Of a stretch of 64,000 bases of DNA, positions 19,147 to 29,637 are shown one piece after another (position 1 is the stretch's first letter; each line of letters opens with the position of its first letter). This DNA comes from an uncultured Duncaniella sp. Lineage in GTDB: Bacteria; Bacteroidota; Bacteroidia; Bacteroidales; Muribaculaceae. The DNA lies in NCBI RefSeq assembly GCF_910588795.1, contig NZ_CAJURI010000003.1; one strand, 5' to 3'. Under the pieces are notes generated by a model. It was not told the DNA's origin, did not search any database, and was given only the letters and a program-made list of their open reading frames with translations. A program made the position numbers and the translations under genes.

Positions 19147-21567
19147 TTATTTCACCCGTATCACAGCTGTTGAGGGCTTTACGCCGGGAGCCGAGGCGGT
19201 GAAACGCAGTTCTCCAGATTTCTTGCCGCTGCGAGCAATGGCAGTGGCGGCCCCGCTGAAAAGTTTCATCTCGGGATTCCGGAACGGAAGCAGACATGTG
19301 GGATCCCCGTTGGCGGCAGCCTCGAATGAGCCTGCGCCCTCAACCTTGAATTTCACCATACGCGAATCAGTCGGCACAATATTTCCTTCCTTGTCGGCAA
19401 CCTGCACGGTGAAGTACACCAGATCATCGCCATTGGCAGCAAGTTCCCTGTGGTTTGGAGTCACCACGATATGATCAGGCTTGCCGGCTGTGCGCACACT
19501 CTTTTCGGCAGCCTTCCTGCCATCGGCGTCATAGGCCACAACCTTTACCTCACCCGGCTCATAGACAGTCTCGTTCCACATAAGCCTGTAACGGTTCTGA
19601 TATGTTGAATCGTTCTTTTCACGCACACCCTGGCTCTTGCCGTTGATGAAAAGCTCCGCCTTAGGGAAATTGGTGTACACAAACACCGGAGTCACCTTAC
19701 CTTCTCGTCCCTTCCAGTTCCAGTGAGGGAGTATATGGAGAGTGGTGTCATTCTTATTCCACTGTGAGCGGTAGAGATAGTAACGATCCTTGGGGAGGGA
19801 GGCGAGATCTATTATACCGAACACAGAGCTATGGCTGGGCCACGCATCCGTATCGTAGGGCGACGGCTCGCCGAGATAGTCAAATCCGGTCCACACAAAC
19901 TGTCCGAGCACCCAGTCATGGTCATCGTCCATTGCGAAATCTATGTCAGGAGTATTTGACCATGAGCACGACTCGTTGTCATAGCTGTTGGACTGATGGT
20001 CAGGATGCACGGCCACATGATGCTCGCCCCACTCCACGGGGAAATGGTAGACACCTCGCGAGGACACCGTAGATGCGGTCTCCGATCCGAGCACAAGCTG
20101 TTGCGGCAGCTTTTTGTAAGCCTCTTCATAATACTGAGGCTTGTAATTGAAGCCGGGAATGTCAAGCGATGCGGCAAAACCGTTGTCGAGCACCGCACCT
20201 ATCTGGTCCATTCCGCATGTCACAGGGCGCGTAGGATCAAGGCTGTGCACGAGATCCTGAAGCATCACAAGCTCCTCCACGCCGTCAGGGCCCCACTGGG
20301 AGGGCACCTCATTGCCTATCGACCACATCACAACCGACGGTGAATTGCGGTAGTGCTCCACCATATTGGTTATGTCCTTCTCGGCCCAGTCCTTGAACAC
20401 CGATCCGTAACCGTTGGGCGACTTGGGGCGGAAGCTCCAATCGTCAAACGGCTCGATCATGAGCATCACGCCCATCTCGTCACATAGCTCCACAAGTTCC
20501 GGGGCAGGCATATTATGGGCCGTGCGTATTGAATTCACACCCATGTCCTTGAGCAGTTCTATCTGATGGCGCAGAGCCGAACGGTTAACCGCAGCTCCGA
20601 GCGGGCCGAGATCATGATGGTTGCAGACACCCTTGAATTTGGTTTTCTCTCCGTTAAGGAAAAAACCTTTCTGAGGTATATATTCAAGCTTCCTTATGCC
20701 GAAACGCGTGTCATAACTGTCGACCTCCCTGCCGTCCACACTCAGCGTGGTGCGTGCAGTGTACAAGGCTGGATTCTCCGGGCTCCACAAGTCAGGAGTA
20801 TCCACAAGAAAATTCTGTGAAAATTTCTGTCCGTGCGCATGATATACCGAATTGTCAGTGGCGGCCACCTTGCCCGACGGATCAAGGATGACAGTCTTCA
20901 CATCGACCTTCTCACCCTTGTACGCGCCTTCAATCTTCATCTCAAGACTCACCGAGGCATAATCCTTGCCTACTCTCGGGGTAGTGACATATGTCCCCCA
21001 CACGGGTATGTGCACCTTGGAAGTGTTGACCACATGGACATTACGGTACAGCCCGGCTCCGGGATACCAGCGTGACGCCTGCTCGTAATTCTCAAGGGCA
21101 ACCTCAAGGTCGTTATCCCCGGGCACAACTGCGTCGTCGACATTGACATAAAAGGAATTATATCCGTAAGGCCAGAAGGCAACCTCCTTGCCGTTGACCT
21201 TGACCCGGGCATTGCTCATGGCACCGTCAAAGACGAGTGTCACCGAACGTCCGGCCGTGTCAGGCACCTCAAATGAGGTGCGGTAAGTCCCTTTCCCTAT
21301 GAATGGGAGTCCGCCGGTGCGGCCTGTCTTCACTGTTTTCTCGGTCTCGCCGTTTTGTTCCACCGCCACGACCTGCAGGTCATTGTCCCGGTCAAAAGGC
21401 CCGTATATGGCCCAGTCATGCGGAACACGCACATTCTCCCACCGGGTCACTTCCGAAGGTGCGCCCTTGGAAAATCTCCATCCGTCATTGAGGGTGCTCA
21501 CCTCGCGCTGTGCCATTGCAGCAAGCCCCGGGATACAGGACAGGGCAACAAATAAATATTTATTCAT
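19147..21567 (-). CDS. GH2 beta-galactosidase (DUF4982-containing type)
   Basis: VPHDWAI, GVCNHHDLGPLG, IRTAHN, WSIGNE acid/base, GSET nucleophile, WTGFDYLGEP; promoter at 21634-21641 (minus). Confidence 0.92.
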   Translation of the reverse strand: MNKYLFVALSCIPGLAAMAQREVSTLNDGWRFSKGAPSEVTRWENVRVPHDWAIYGPFDRDNDLQVVAVEQNGETEKTVKTGRTGGLPFIGKGTYRTSFEVPDTAGRSVTLVFDGAMSNARVKVNGKEVAFWPYGYNSFYVNVDDAVVPGDNDLEVALENYEQASRWYPGAGLYRNVHVVNTSKVHIPVWGTYVTTPRVGKDYASVSLEMKIEGAYKGEKVDVKTVILDPSGKVAATDNSVYHAHGQKFSQNFLVDTPDLWSPENPALYTARTTLSVDGREVDSYDTRFGIRKLEYIPQKGFFLNGEKTKFKGVCNHHDLGPLGAAVNRSALRHQIELLKDMGVNSIRTAHNMPAPELVELCDEMGVMLMIEPFDDWSFRPKSPNGYGSVFKDWAEKDITNMVEHYRNSPSVVMWSIGNEVPSQWGPDGVEELVMLQDLVHSLDPTRPVTCGMDQIGAVLDNGFAASLDIPGFNYKPQYYEEAYKKLPQQLVLGSETASTVSSRGVYHFPVEWGEHHVAVHPDHQSNSYDNESCSWSNTPDIDFAMDDDHDWVLGQFVWTGFDYLGEPSPYDTDAWPSHSSVFGIIDLASLPKDRYYLYRSQWNKNDTTLHILPHWNWKGREGKVTPVFVYTNFPKAELFINGKSQGVREKNDSTYQNRYRLMWNETVYEPGEVKVVAYDADGRKAAEKSVRTAGKPDHIVVTPNHRELAANGDDLVYFTVQVADKEGNIVPTDSRMVKFKVEGAGSFEAAANGDPTCLLPFRNPEMKLFSGAATAIARSGKKSGELRFTASAPGVKPSTAVIRVK

Positions 21568-21752
21568 GCTGATTGATGATATGTCTCTACGTAATTTCTA
21601 AAATATAATGTATGCTTATAATCTCTTCTCTTACAAAGATACGAAACAGGCGATAAAAAAACAAGCTCCCGCTCAAAGCGGAAGCCCGTTTTATATAAAT
21701 ATAACATTAATTGACCTATCTTGCGGACATTACAGGTCAAGGCCCGATCTTT

Positions 21753-22844
21753 TCACTGATTTATAGTGCCAAGCTCCACCACGGCACCTGTGAGGGGATT
21801 GAACCGCAGATAGGAAAGGGACTTACGCGAGGTGAACAATGACGGATCAAGCCCGAAGACCACACCGTACTGCGCCACATCGTATGTGCCGCCTGCAAGG
21901 GTCTTCCCGTCGAAGCTCACGGTCACCAGTCCTGTGCCAGGTATACGGTAGGCTACACCACCCTTAGGGAACGTTTTCGTGACCCCTTTCTCATTGACAG
22001 GAAGCTCACCTCTGGTCTGAGGCGACACAGTGACATAGATCGGCGATCCGGACAGATCGTCTGGGGCGACAAGACCGTCGACCATTGACAGGCGTGCCAC
22101 CACACTCCTTTCGGGCGCGCCTTCGGCCGGGACTTCGACACTGTATGTACGCACCTCCACAGAGGTCTGCACAGTGCCGAGGAACATTGCCGTGAGGGCC
22201 TCTTCCTGCGATGCTATCTGATCGAGCGCAAGCTTCATAGCCGCGCCGTCGGACGGCATGGACTCAGCCTGTCCCGATATGATCTCGCTGCGCATGTTAC
22301 GCAGCTCGTAGATCTTGGCTGCGGCGAGCTCGGCACGCTTTGCCGACGATTTACTCTGTATCATCTCCGGAGTGACAGCCTGACGTGCCACAGGCAACTG
22401 CAGTATGGTAGGCTTGGCCTCCACGGCTTCAGGAAGATCCACTTCAGGCTGAGTCCAGCGGTAAGACTCGTCATTGAGGGAAACGGGGAAATTATCGTCA
22501 CTCACCATCACGAACGCGCCACTGCCGTTCTTCAGAGTGACAAGATATCGCTCATGCTCGTCAGGAAACGCGGTCTGCTCAATGGCCGCCCCGGTTATGC
22601 GCCATGACACGGATGGGGCAAGTATGGGATCGGCGTTGAGATATTTTTTGGCGTACTGATAGAACTCTCCCGGTGTCCTGACAGTCTTTTCCGCCGCCAG
22701 AGTGACATTGAACGACGTCAGAGGCAGAGTGTATATCAGTCCGTACTCATTTGCCTTGGTGGCGGTGAGCTTGGATGTGCTCTGTGCATGCGCACACAAC
22801 AGGGACAGGACCACGAATGCAGCTGCTATTATCTGTTTCTTCAT
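21753..22844 (-). CDS. DUF4831 family secreted protein
   Basis: Signal peptide, GLIYTLP, TPGEFYQYAKKYL, AELAAAKIYELR, YRIPG, AQYG. Confidence 0.75.
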   Translation of the reverse strand: MKKQIIAAAFVVLSLLCAHAQSTSKLTATKANEYGLIYTLPLTSFNVTLAAEKTVRTPGEFYQYAKKYLNADPILAPSVSWRITGAAIEQTAFPDEHERYLVTLKNGSGAFVMVSDDNFPVSLNDESYRWTQPEVDLPEAVEAKPTILQLPVARQAVTPEMIQSKSSAKRAELAAAKIYELRNMRSEIISGQAESMPSDGAAMKLALDQIASQEEALTAMFLGTVQTSVEVRTYSVEVPAEGAPERSVVARLSMVDGLVAPDDLSGSPIYVTVSPQTRGELPVNEKGVTKTFPKGGVAYRIPGTGLVTVSFDGKTLAGGTYDVAQYGVVFGLDPSLFTSRKSLSYLRFNPLTGAVVELGTINQ

Positions 22845-22876
22845 TGTATCTTGAAAGTATAGATTTGAGGTGGATG

Positions 22877-24391
22877 TTATTCCATTATTACTTTTATGGC
22901 GCGGCCCACAGCATCAGCGATATCCATCCCCGTGGTGCCGTATTCGCCCTGAGTCTCGGCGGCAATCTCTCCGGCAAGACCGTGGATATACACACCTGCC
23001 ACGGATGCCGATTCCGGCTTGTATCCCTGGGCAAGGAGAGAGGTGATTATTCCGGTGAGCACATCGCCGCTTCCTGCGGTTGCCATAGCGGGAGTGCCCG
23101 AGGAGTTGAAGAAAACTTTGCCGTCAGGACGCACCGTGGCGGTGTAATGTCCCTTGAGCACTATCAGCAGCTTGTACCGGTGGGACACTTCGATGGCTTT
23201 GAGCAGACGCCCCTCGGCCGAAGTCTGAGTGCCGAATATCCTGTCAAACTCCCCGGCATGAGGGGTCAGGATCGATCCGGGTGCTATATGATCGAGAAGC
23301 GCGGGATTCTGCGCTATGGCATTCAGCGCATCGGCATCTATGACGAGTGGCCGTTTATAACTCTTCACAAGTGTCTCGAAAGCCCCGCGTGTAGCATCAT
23401 TGGTGCCTATGCCGGGACCTACGCCTATAGCGGTGCAGTTGAAACGCGCCGACATGTCGGATATCACATATTCCTGCCGGTCAGGAGAGAACAACGCTTC
23501 GGGTGCCTGGCTCTGAAGCACAGGGTATGCCGCACGCGCGCTATGCACCGTGAGTTTACCGACACCGCTCCGCAATGCTCCCCGGGCTGCCATCACCGCG
23601 GCTCCGGTCATGCCGTAACACCCGGCGAAAAGCAGCGCATGGCCATAGTCGGCCTTGGAGGAAAACGGCTTGCGCGGCTTAAGGACAGCACGCACCTCGT
23701 CACGCTCCACATAAAAATATTTGGTGGGTGTATTGAGTATCGCCCTCTCGCTGAGCCCTATGTCGATCACTTTCCACCGGCCTACAAGATCGGCATTGTC
23801 ACTGAGGAAAAATGCCAGCCGCGGAAACTGGACAGCAAGCGTGAGATCGGCATGCACCACATTGCGGCCTATCACACGCGCATTCCAGTCACCAAACATA
23901 CCAGAAGGTACATCTATCGATATCACAGTGGCTCCTGACTCGCTTATGACACGTGCAAGCATCATGAATCCACCTTCAAGCGGCTCACGAAGTCCCGACC
24001 CGAAAAGCCCGTCTATCACAAGATGCTCGGGAGTCAGCGTCGGCAGTTCTGCACGGTCAATAATCTCGACAAGGCCCTGATAGCCCGTGGCAAGGAGATC
24101 ATGCTTAGCCTGACGGCAATCGCGCGACAGGGAATCACCATGGAAATTGAATAGCAGTATGCGCGGATAGAAACCCGCCTCAAGCAGCATGCGCCCCGCC
24201 ACGAGGGCATCCGCGCCATTGTTGCCCGAGCCTGCAAAGATCACCACTGGTGTCGAAGGGCTCCAATGCGATACTATCTCACTGCTTACAGCTTCTGCGA
24301 CACGGCGTATCAGCTCCTGCGAACCTACCCCTTCTTCCTCGATGGTGACACGGTCTATCTTACGTATATTTTCTGTACTGAATATCTTCAT
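22877..24391 (-). CDS. nnr: Bifunctional NAD(P)H-hydrate epimerase/dehydratase
   Basis: GSGNNGAD, DGLFGSG, IDADALN, TPHAGEF, MATAGSGDVLTG. Confidence 0.93.
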   Translation of the reverse strand: MKIFSTENIRKIDRVTIEEEGVGSQELIRRVAEAVSSEIVSHWSPSTPVVIFAGSGNNGADALVAGRMLLEAGFYPRILLFNFHGDSLSRDCRQAKHDLLATGYQGLVEIIDRAELPTLTPEHLVIDGLFGSGLREPLEGGFMMLARVISESGATVISIDVPSGMFGDWNARVIGRNVVHADLTLAVQFPRLAFFLSDNADLVGRWKVIDIGLSERAILNTPTKYFYVERDEVRAVLKPRKPFSSKADYGHALLFAGCYGMTGAAVMAARGALRSGVGKLTVHSARAAYPVLQSQAPEALFSPDRQEYVISDMSARFNCTAIGVGPGIGTNDATRGAFETLVKSYKRPLVIDADALNAIAQNPALLDHIAPGSILTPHAGEFDRIFGTQTSAEGRLLKAIEVSHRYKLLIVLKGHYTATVRPDGKVFFNSSGTPAMATAGSGDVLTGIITSLLAQGYKPESASVAGVYIHGLAGEIAAETQGEYGTTGMDIADAVGRAIKVIME

Positions 24392-24515
24392 ACCTCAGAT
24401 ATATTTCCGGGACATACTATATCCCACGCAAAAGTACAAAACAATTCCGACACTCACGGCAATTAGCAATAATTTTGTGTGAAAATCGTTATTTCCATGT
24501 ACATATACAAGAGAA

Positions 24516-25331
24516 ATGGCAAGCGTATCGATAGTAACATTCCACACACCATTACCGGAGCTTGTCAGCTGCCTTGAGTCGCTCGACACGCATAGAGTGT
24601 CACGCATCTACGTCATTGACAACAGCCGAAGCACGCCGATCCGACAATGGTGCGCCGGACAGCCAAAGGCGACATACATTCCGAACGACAATACCGGATA
24701 CGGGGCGGCCCACAACATTGCACTGCGTCATGAGCTTTCCATGCCGGGCGACTACCATCTGGTGTTGAACAGTGACGTGACATTCCCTCCGAGCATACTC
24801 TCTGACATCGAGGCTTACATGGACTCGCACCCCTCCGTCGGAATACTCCAGCCCAGAATGACCGGCATAAACGGAGAGAGGCAATATTCATGCCGCAGAC
24901 TCCCCGCACCGGCCGATCTGTTAATACGCCGGTTCACACCTTCGTGGTGCTTCTGCGGAAGCCGTGACCGCTATCTGCTAAAGCATCTCGACCCTGAAAA
25001 GACATGGAACATTCCATATCTTCAGGGCAGCTTCATGTTCTTACGTAAAGAAGCTCTGAGAAAAGCCGGTCTGTTCGACGAACGGTTCTTCATGTATCCC
25101 GAGGACATAGACCTCACGCGGCGTATTCACCGACATTTCCTCACCCTTTATTGGCCGGGGGCGACAATAGTCCACCGTCATGAAGCCGCATCCTACAAAT
25201 CACTCCGAATGCTTTGGATCCACATCCTAAATATGGTGCGGTATTTCAACAAATGGGGATGGGTCCATGACAGCGAAAGAGACAGATTTAATGCCGCAAT
25301 AGAGAAGGCATCATCTATAGACGAGTCTTGA
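24516..25331 (+). CDS. GT2 glycosyltransferase (WbbL/rhamnosyltransferase-like)
   Basis: IDNS, NTGYGAAHN, LNSD, GSFMFLR, FDERFFMYPEDIDL. Confidence 0.88.
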   Translation: MASVSIVTFHTPLPELVSCLESLDTHRVSRIYVIDNSRSTPIRQWCAGQPKATYIPNDNTGYGAAHNIALRHELSMPGDYHLVLNSDVTFPPSILSDIEAYMDSHPSVGILQPRMTGINGERQYSCRRLPAPADLLIRRFTPSWCFCGSRDRYLLKHLDPEKTWNIPYLQGSFMFLRKEALRKAGLFDERFFMYPEDIDLTRRIHRHFLTLYWPGATIVHRHEAASYKSLRMLWIHILNMVRYFNKWGWVHDSERDRFNAAIEKASSIDES

Positions 25332-26261
25332 CACCAGAGCTAAAACCGCCCCCCCCAGGCAACTAACTAAAACGCCAACCTTGTTTTTAAGGCGGACTTC
25401 AGGATCGGCAAGGCTCGCGAGACGATACTCTTTTATGATCTTCCAGCATTGTGCTCTGACATGGGAATATCTACCCTCCCTGTCATGAACCGACAAAAGT
25501 CCATACATATTGAAATTGGCACTCAGCCGTCGGTCACGCGCAGCTCTGAGCAGACGTTCATCACACCTGCATCTGTCCTCGACCATAGCCACTACACGCA
25601 ACACGTCCAGACGATCGATCGTCACAGTGTTGATGAAACTTTCCGGATTGTCACGGTAGAAATATACCGGAGAGTCCACTATGTTGACCTGCGATGCCTT
25701 GAACATGACATTACAGTAAAACAACATGTCTTCGTAATAGATACCTTCAAGAAACCTTTCATCACCGAGAAGCTCCGACCTGTATAATTTACCACATGCC
25801 GATGCCGAGATATCCTTCTGATATAGTCCGGACCTGAGGGCAGCTTGGCCCGACATGGTACGATATACGGCACTTGCCACCGGCACCACTCGGCTCTCAT
25901 TGGGACAGACACCGCGTTCAATGCCTCCGCACACCACATCCGCACCCGCCGAGCACCGAAGCATGACCTCCATAGCATGAGGGTAAAGCATGTCATCGCT
26001 GTCGAGGAATGTGAACCAGTCCCCCACAATGCGCTCCATAGCAATGTTTCTTGCCGAGGAAATCCCACCGTTGGCCGTTGACACCACCTTTATCCTCCGG
26101 TCGCGGGCCGAATATTCACGGGCTATTGCAAGGGTGGCATCGGTTGATCCGTCATCGACCACTATGGCCTCCCAGTCAGGAAAAGTCTGAGCAAGCACAC
26201 TCTCCAGACATTCCCGGAGATAGGCCTGCGCATTGTAAGCCGGTATGACCACCGAAACCAT
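25311..26261 (-). CDS. GT2 glycosyltransferase
   Basis: VSVVIPAYN, VDDGSTD, GISSARN, FLDSDD, YED motifs. Confidence 0.9.
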   Translation of the reverse strand: MVSVVIPAYNAQAYLRECLESVLAQTFPDWEAIVVDDGSTDATLAIAREYSARDRRIKVVSTANGGISSARNIAMERIVGDWFTFLDSDDMLYPHAMEVMLRCSAGADVVCGGIERGVCPNESRVVPVASAVYRTMSGQAALRSGLYQKDISASACGKLYRSELLGDERFLEGIYYEDMLFYCNVMFKASQVNIVDSPVYFYRDNPESFINTVTIDRLDVLRVVAMVEDRCRCDERLLRAARDRRLSANFNMYGLLSVHDREGRYSHVRAQCWKIIKEYRLASLADPEVRLKNKVGVLVSCLGGAVLALVSRLVYR

Positions 26262-26267
26262 CCGCAA

Positions 26268-26987
26268 TTATTTTTTGCCGCCTCCTGCCGGAGCAGCGTC
26301 GGCCGTCTTCCTGAGATCAAATCCGGCAGTCATACCATCGTACTTGCTCAGCAGTGTCGAGGCCCCCTTGAGCGTGGAACTGCTCGAAAGTGCGCTTATC
26401 CTCTGCATCAAGGTCATAAGTTTGGTGATGTCAAAGGTAAGAGTCATGTTATTCTTGCCGTTGAGGGATATGAATGCCTCCATCGATCCTATATTTATCT
26501 TTTTGAAAGCCTGGAAATGGAACACATATGTCCCTTCCTTTTCCTGACGCTCGATCTTTCCGTTCAGGCTGGCACGCCGCCCCTTGAATGTGAATGTCGA
26601 ATCGGCATTGATGGTTATGACAAGAGATGTCAGTCCGGCTGTCTTATAGTACGGCTCAAGCTTCTTCTCCACATTAGCCGCCGCAGCCGCGCCTCCGGCC
26701 TTCAGCAGAAGATTGTCGCTCTTGAAGCTTACTGCCGGAGAGGAATATGCCCATGTGCCGGCAAGCTGGTCTATTCCGGCCTTTGAATTCCCGAGCCCAA
26801 GAGCACCGGCCACTCCCGACAACACGTCGCTGAGACCACCTTTCCGAGAGGAAGAGCTGTCAGTTTGCGTGGTCGACTGGCCCTGCCCGAGACCTTTGAG
26901 AAGATCCGACAAAGATTGTGCCGACACGTCAGCGGATATAAGCAGAACGGCAAATGCCAAAGTAGCGATCTTTATAATGCGTTTCAT
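26268..26987 (-). CDS. DUF4923 family (lipocalin-like) secreted protein
   Basis: Signal peptide, GTWAYSSPAVSFKSDNLLLKAGG, terminal YDGMTAGFDL; start taken as MKRIIK. Confidence 0.72.
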   Translation of the reverse strand: MKRIIKIATLAFAVLLISADVSAQSLSDLLKGLGQGQSTTQTDSSSSRKGGLSDVLSGVAGALGLGNSKAGIDQLAGTWAYSSPAVSFKSDNLLLKAGGAAAAANVEKKLEPYYKTAGLTSLVITINADSTFTFKGRRASLNGKIERQEKEGTYVFHFQAFKKINIGSMEAFISLNGKNNMTLTFDITKLMTLMQRISALSSSSTLKGASTLLSKYDGMTAGFDLRKTADAAPAGGGKK

Positions 26988-27029
26988 ATTGGTTATGATT
27001 ATATTCACATTCATGTTTCATTTGAAGCC

Positions 27030-29555
27030 TCAATAGGCAAGAGTAACATTGTCGATCCACAGACGGCCACCCACTGACGTGGCACTGCGCGGATCGGACA
27101 CCGTGACCACATTGCGTGTCTCCTCGGCTATTGTTCCGATATGGCTGGACGCAGAGAACATCACCTTGATACGTGTGGCTCTCACACCGAACATTCTGTA
27201 GGAAAGCGGAGCACTGAATGCAGTATAGCTCGAAGCGAGTTCCAGCCTGACCGAGCCCGACGCTATCACCACCTCCTTGCCGTCAACCTGTCCGAGCACC
27301 TCTACAATGGCAAGACCGCAGTCCGAGCGGTCTCCCTCACACGGGAAATACCTGTAATAGCCGTTCAGCGACGACGGGCGTGAACCCCATGCGATGCCTT
27401 CATTGTAAGTCTCCGTTACCGAGACGGGATCATAGTTGTAACTGCCGAGGAAAATCTTTCCGGCGGCCCGGTAGGCTATCTCAGGGACAACAGGCGAATA
27501 ATCGAGATAAGGCTGCCCTGTCTGTGTGTAATCCGGTATAGGCTTGCCGTGAGGATCAAAACCCACACACGACAGCTCCACGGCAAAACTCTGGCTGAAC
27601 ACCGGATCGCGCGTGAGCGATGCTGACGGCTGCATGTACCATGTATTGTGGTTTGACGAAGCCATGGAGAATGTCTTGGCATTGGTATTGGCCCAGCTCT
27701 TTGGCACTTCCTGCTCTATATCAGTGCTGTGTTGCCAGTTGAATATTTCGACTACAGTCTGTGAATATCTTCCCCCCGACTTCAGGCCTTCGTACTTCAC
27801 CCCGTCGGAACGGTCCTCGAAATCATGGTTAGGAAGCTGCGGAGTGCCCTCAGTTGTCACTGTGACTTCAGGAGTAAACTCAATGTCAGCAACACCCGCC
27901 GACATCATAGTGGCCTTGAAGGTATATGTAGTGTTGGGCGACAACCCTATCACCGAGAATATCCCCTGATCTTTCAGCTGCAGATAGAGCGGAGCCTCAT
28001 TGCCATTGACATACACCCTGGTCTGCGATGAGATGGACTCAAGCAGAGAAGGATCCTCAGGCACCACCTTTACCCCGGCCATTGTGGCATAGGCATCCAC
28101 CTCTATGCGGAACGGGGGCATCTTACGCGGCACTTTCAATGTGGCACGCACCTCTTCGCAATACAGCACCCTGACATCGACCGGCAAGCTACCTGAAGGC
28201 ACCTTGAATTCCAATGAATACTCACCGGTGCCGGTCTCGGATATGTTCAAGTCCGATACCTTGGCCCACTTCCCTGACTCAGCGTCAAGCACCTCCACTT
28301 CCACATGATTTCTGAACCCTGATTCTCCACACGCCACATCCACACGGGCCACATCCACTCCCATAGTCACAGGATAGATATTGCCGACCGAAATCTCCAC
28401 AGGCATAGTGCGCACATACAGAGACAACGGTTCGGATCCCTTACCGTCATTGCCGATAGCCAGAAGCGAAAACGCCGACATGGCCGATTCGGGGGTAAGA
28501 TATACCAGACGGCCGAGCAGAGCGGTGTAGTCGACTGTTCCTCCGGCTGGACCGACATCATATGTCAGGCCGAGTTCCCGTAACCTGGCATCCTGTCCAG
28601 GAGCAAGATGCAACAGATCCACCTCGGCCGGAAATCCATCCTCGCTCAACGACAATGACAGTACCGACAGTATCAGAGAAGACAACGGGACCCGGGACTC
28701 CACCGTAACGATGTACGGGTCCTCCGGTATGTTACCCTCTGAAAGCTCAAGTGTCACATTCCGGTCCCATGAAGATGTCATGACCGGAGCCGGCGAATCG
28801 ATAAAATCCTCGGAGAGAGTGACCGATCTGTCCCCCTCGACTCCGCTCACAGTCACTTCGGGGCCTGACGGCGTATCCTTGCAATCAACTGAAACGACAT
28901 ACAGAGTAGCTGCCTCGGCCGAGCTCAGAGTATATGCAGGATAGTTCACTGTACGTCCGTCAGCTAACTTTATGTCAAGCGAGAAGTCAGTCCGCCCCGG
29001 ATTAAGGCATAGATAACGGCTCTCTTCAGGACCATAAGAATGATACATTCCACCCTCAGAGTGCACCAGAGCCGCTATGGAACCGAACGCCGACACGGCT
29101 TCTTCAGTAAAGACCACCTTTACAAGCGCATTGGCGACAGTCATTTCCACCACTGATTCCGAGGCCTGGTTCTCCAACACCTCTACCGTCTTTTCGCCAT
29201 AGAATGCGGGGGTGTCAAACCCCTCTATCATCGTGTTCCCGCTCATGGCCTGCAGAGTGTAGCTGCCGGCAAAATAATATTCCTCATGAGGGAACTCATC
29301 GGCATCTGTCCACGTGTGGGAATATTCCCCCGACACAGAGGTCATGGTCAATGACACAGAGCCTTCCGAAGGGAGATACCCGGTCTCGATAAATGAACCA
29401 TTGCTTCCTGCCGCCACAACCCTGCCGTCAGTCTCTATCGACACCGACAGCACGCCGGCATCGACAGTACCCTGCAGGCGGTCAGACGAGCAAGCCATGA
29501 CAGCAATGCAAGGAAACACACACAGCACACGTTTAGCGATACAATGAAGCATCAT
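27030..29555 (-). CDS. DUF4493 / PCMD-domain lipoprotein
   Basis: Lipobox MAC, EGFDTPAFYG and VANALVKV in the N-terminal domain, QLPNHDFE..W..TN, AAGKIFLG, RP..L.GYY, LWIDNVTLAY in the C-terminal domain. Confidence 0.72.
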   Translation of the reverse strand: MMLHCIAKRVLCVFPCIAVMACSSDRLQGTVDAGVLSVSIETDGRVVAAGSNGSFIETGYLPSEGSVSLTMTSVSGEYSHTWTDADEFPHEEYYFAGSYTLQAMSGNTMIEGFDTPAFYGEKTVEVLENQASESVVEMTVANALVKVVFTEEAVSAFGSIAALVHSEGGMYHSYGPEESRYLCLNPGRTDFSLDIKLADGRTVNYPAYTLSSAEAATLYVVSVDCKDTPSGPEVTVSGVEGDRSVTLSEDFIDSPAPVMTSSWDRNVTLELSEGNIPEDPYIVTVESRVPLSSLILSVLSLSLSEDGFPAEVDLLHLAPGQDARLRELGLTYDVGPAGGTVDYTALLGRLVYLTPESAMSAFSLLAIGNDGKGSEPLSLYVRTMPVEISVGNIYPVTMGVDVARVDVACGESGFRNHVEVEVLDAESGKWAKVSDLNISETGTGEYSLEFKVPSGSLPVDVRVLYCEEVRATLKVPRKMPPFRIEVDAYATMAGVKVVPEDPSLLESISSQTRVYVNGNEAPLYLQLKDQGIFSVIGLSPNTTYTFKATMMSAGVADIEFTPEVTVTTEGTPQLPNHDFEDRSDGVKYEGLKSGGRYSQTVVEIFNWQHSTDIEQEVPKSWANTNAKTFSMASSNHNTWYMQPSASLTRDPVFSQSFAVELSCVGFDPHGKPIPDYTQTGQPYLDYSPVVPEIAYRAAGKIFLGSYNYDPVSVTETYNEGIAWGSRPSSLNGYYRYFPCEGDRSDCGLAIVEVLGQVDGKEVVIASGSVRLELASSYTAFSAPLSYRMFGVRATRIKVMFSASSHIGTIAEETRNVVTVSDPRSATSVGGRLWIDNVTLAY

Positions 29556-29637
29556 ATTCAGTATAGGCTTGTACTATAATAGTCGATGTGAGGAAATATC
29601 TCGATGTGACAAGGACAGAGTATGGGGCCGCGGACCA

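Noticed and set aside
15619..21567. GH3 and GH2 as a polysaccharide utilisation locus
   Set aside because: No SusC/SusD pair or dedicated regulator nearby; each gene has its own promoter and terminator.
25349..25356. C8/G8 homopolymer in a GT2 gene as a phase-variation tract
   Set aside because: Short and within the last ~15 codons, so slippage would barely alter the protein.
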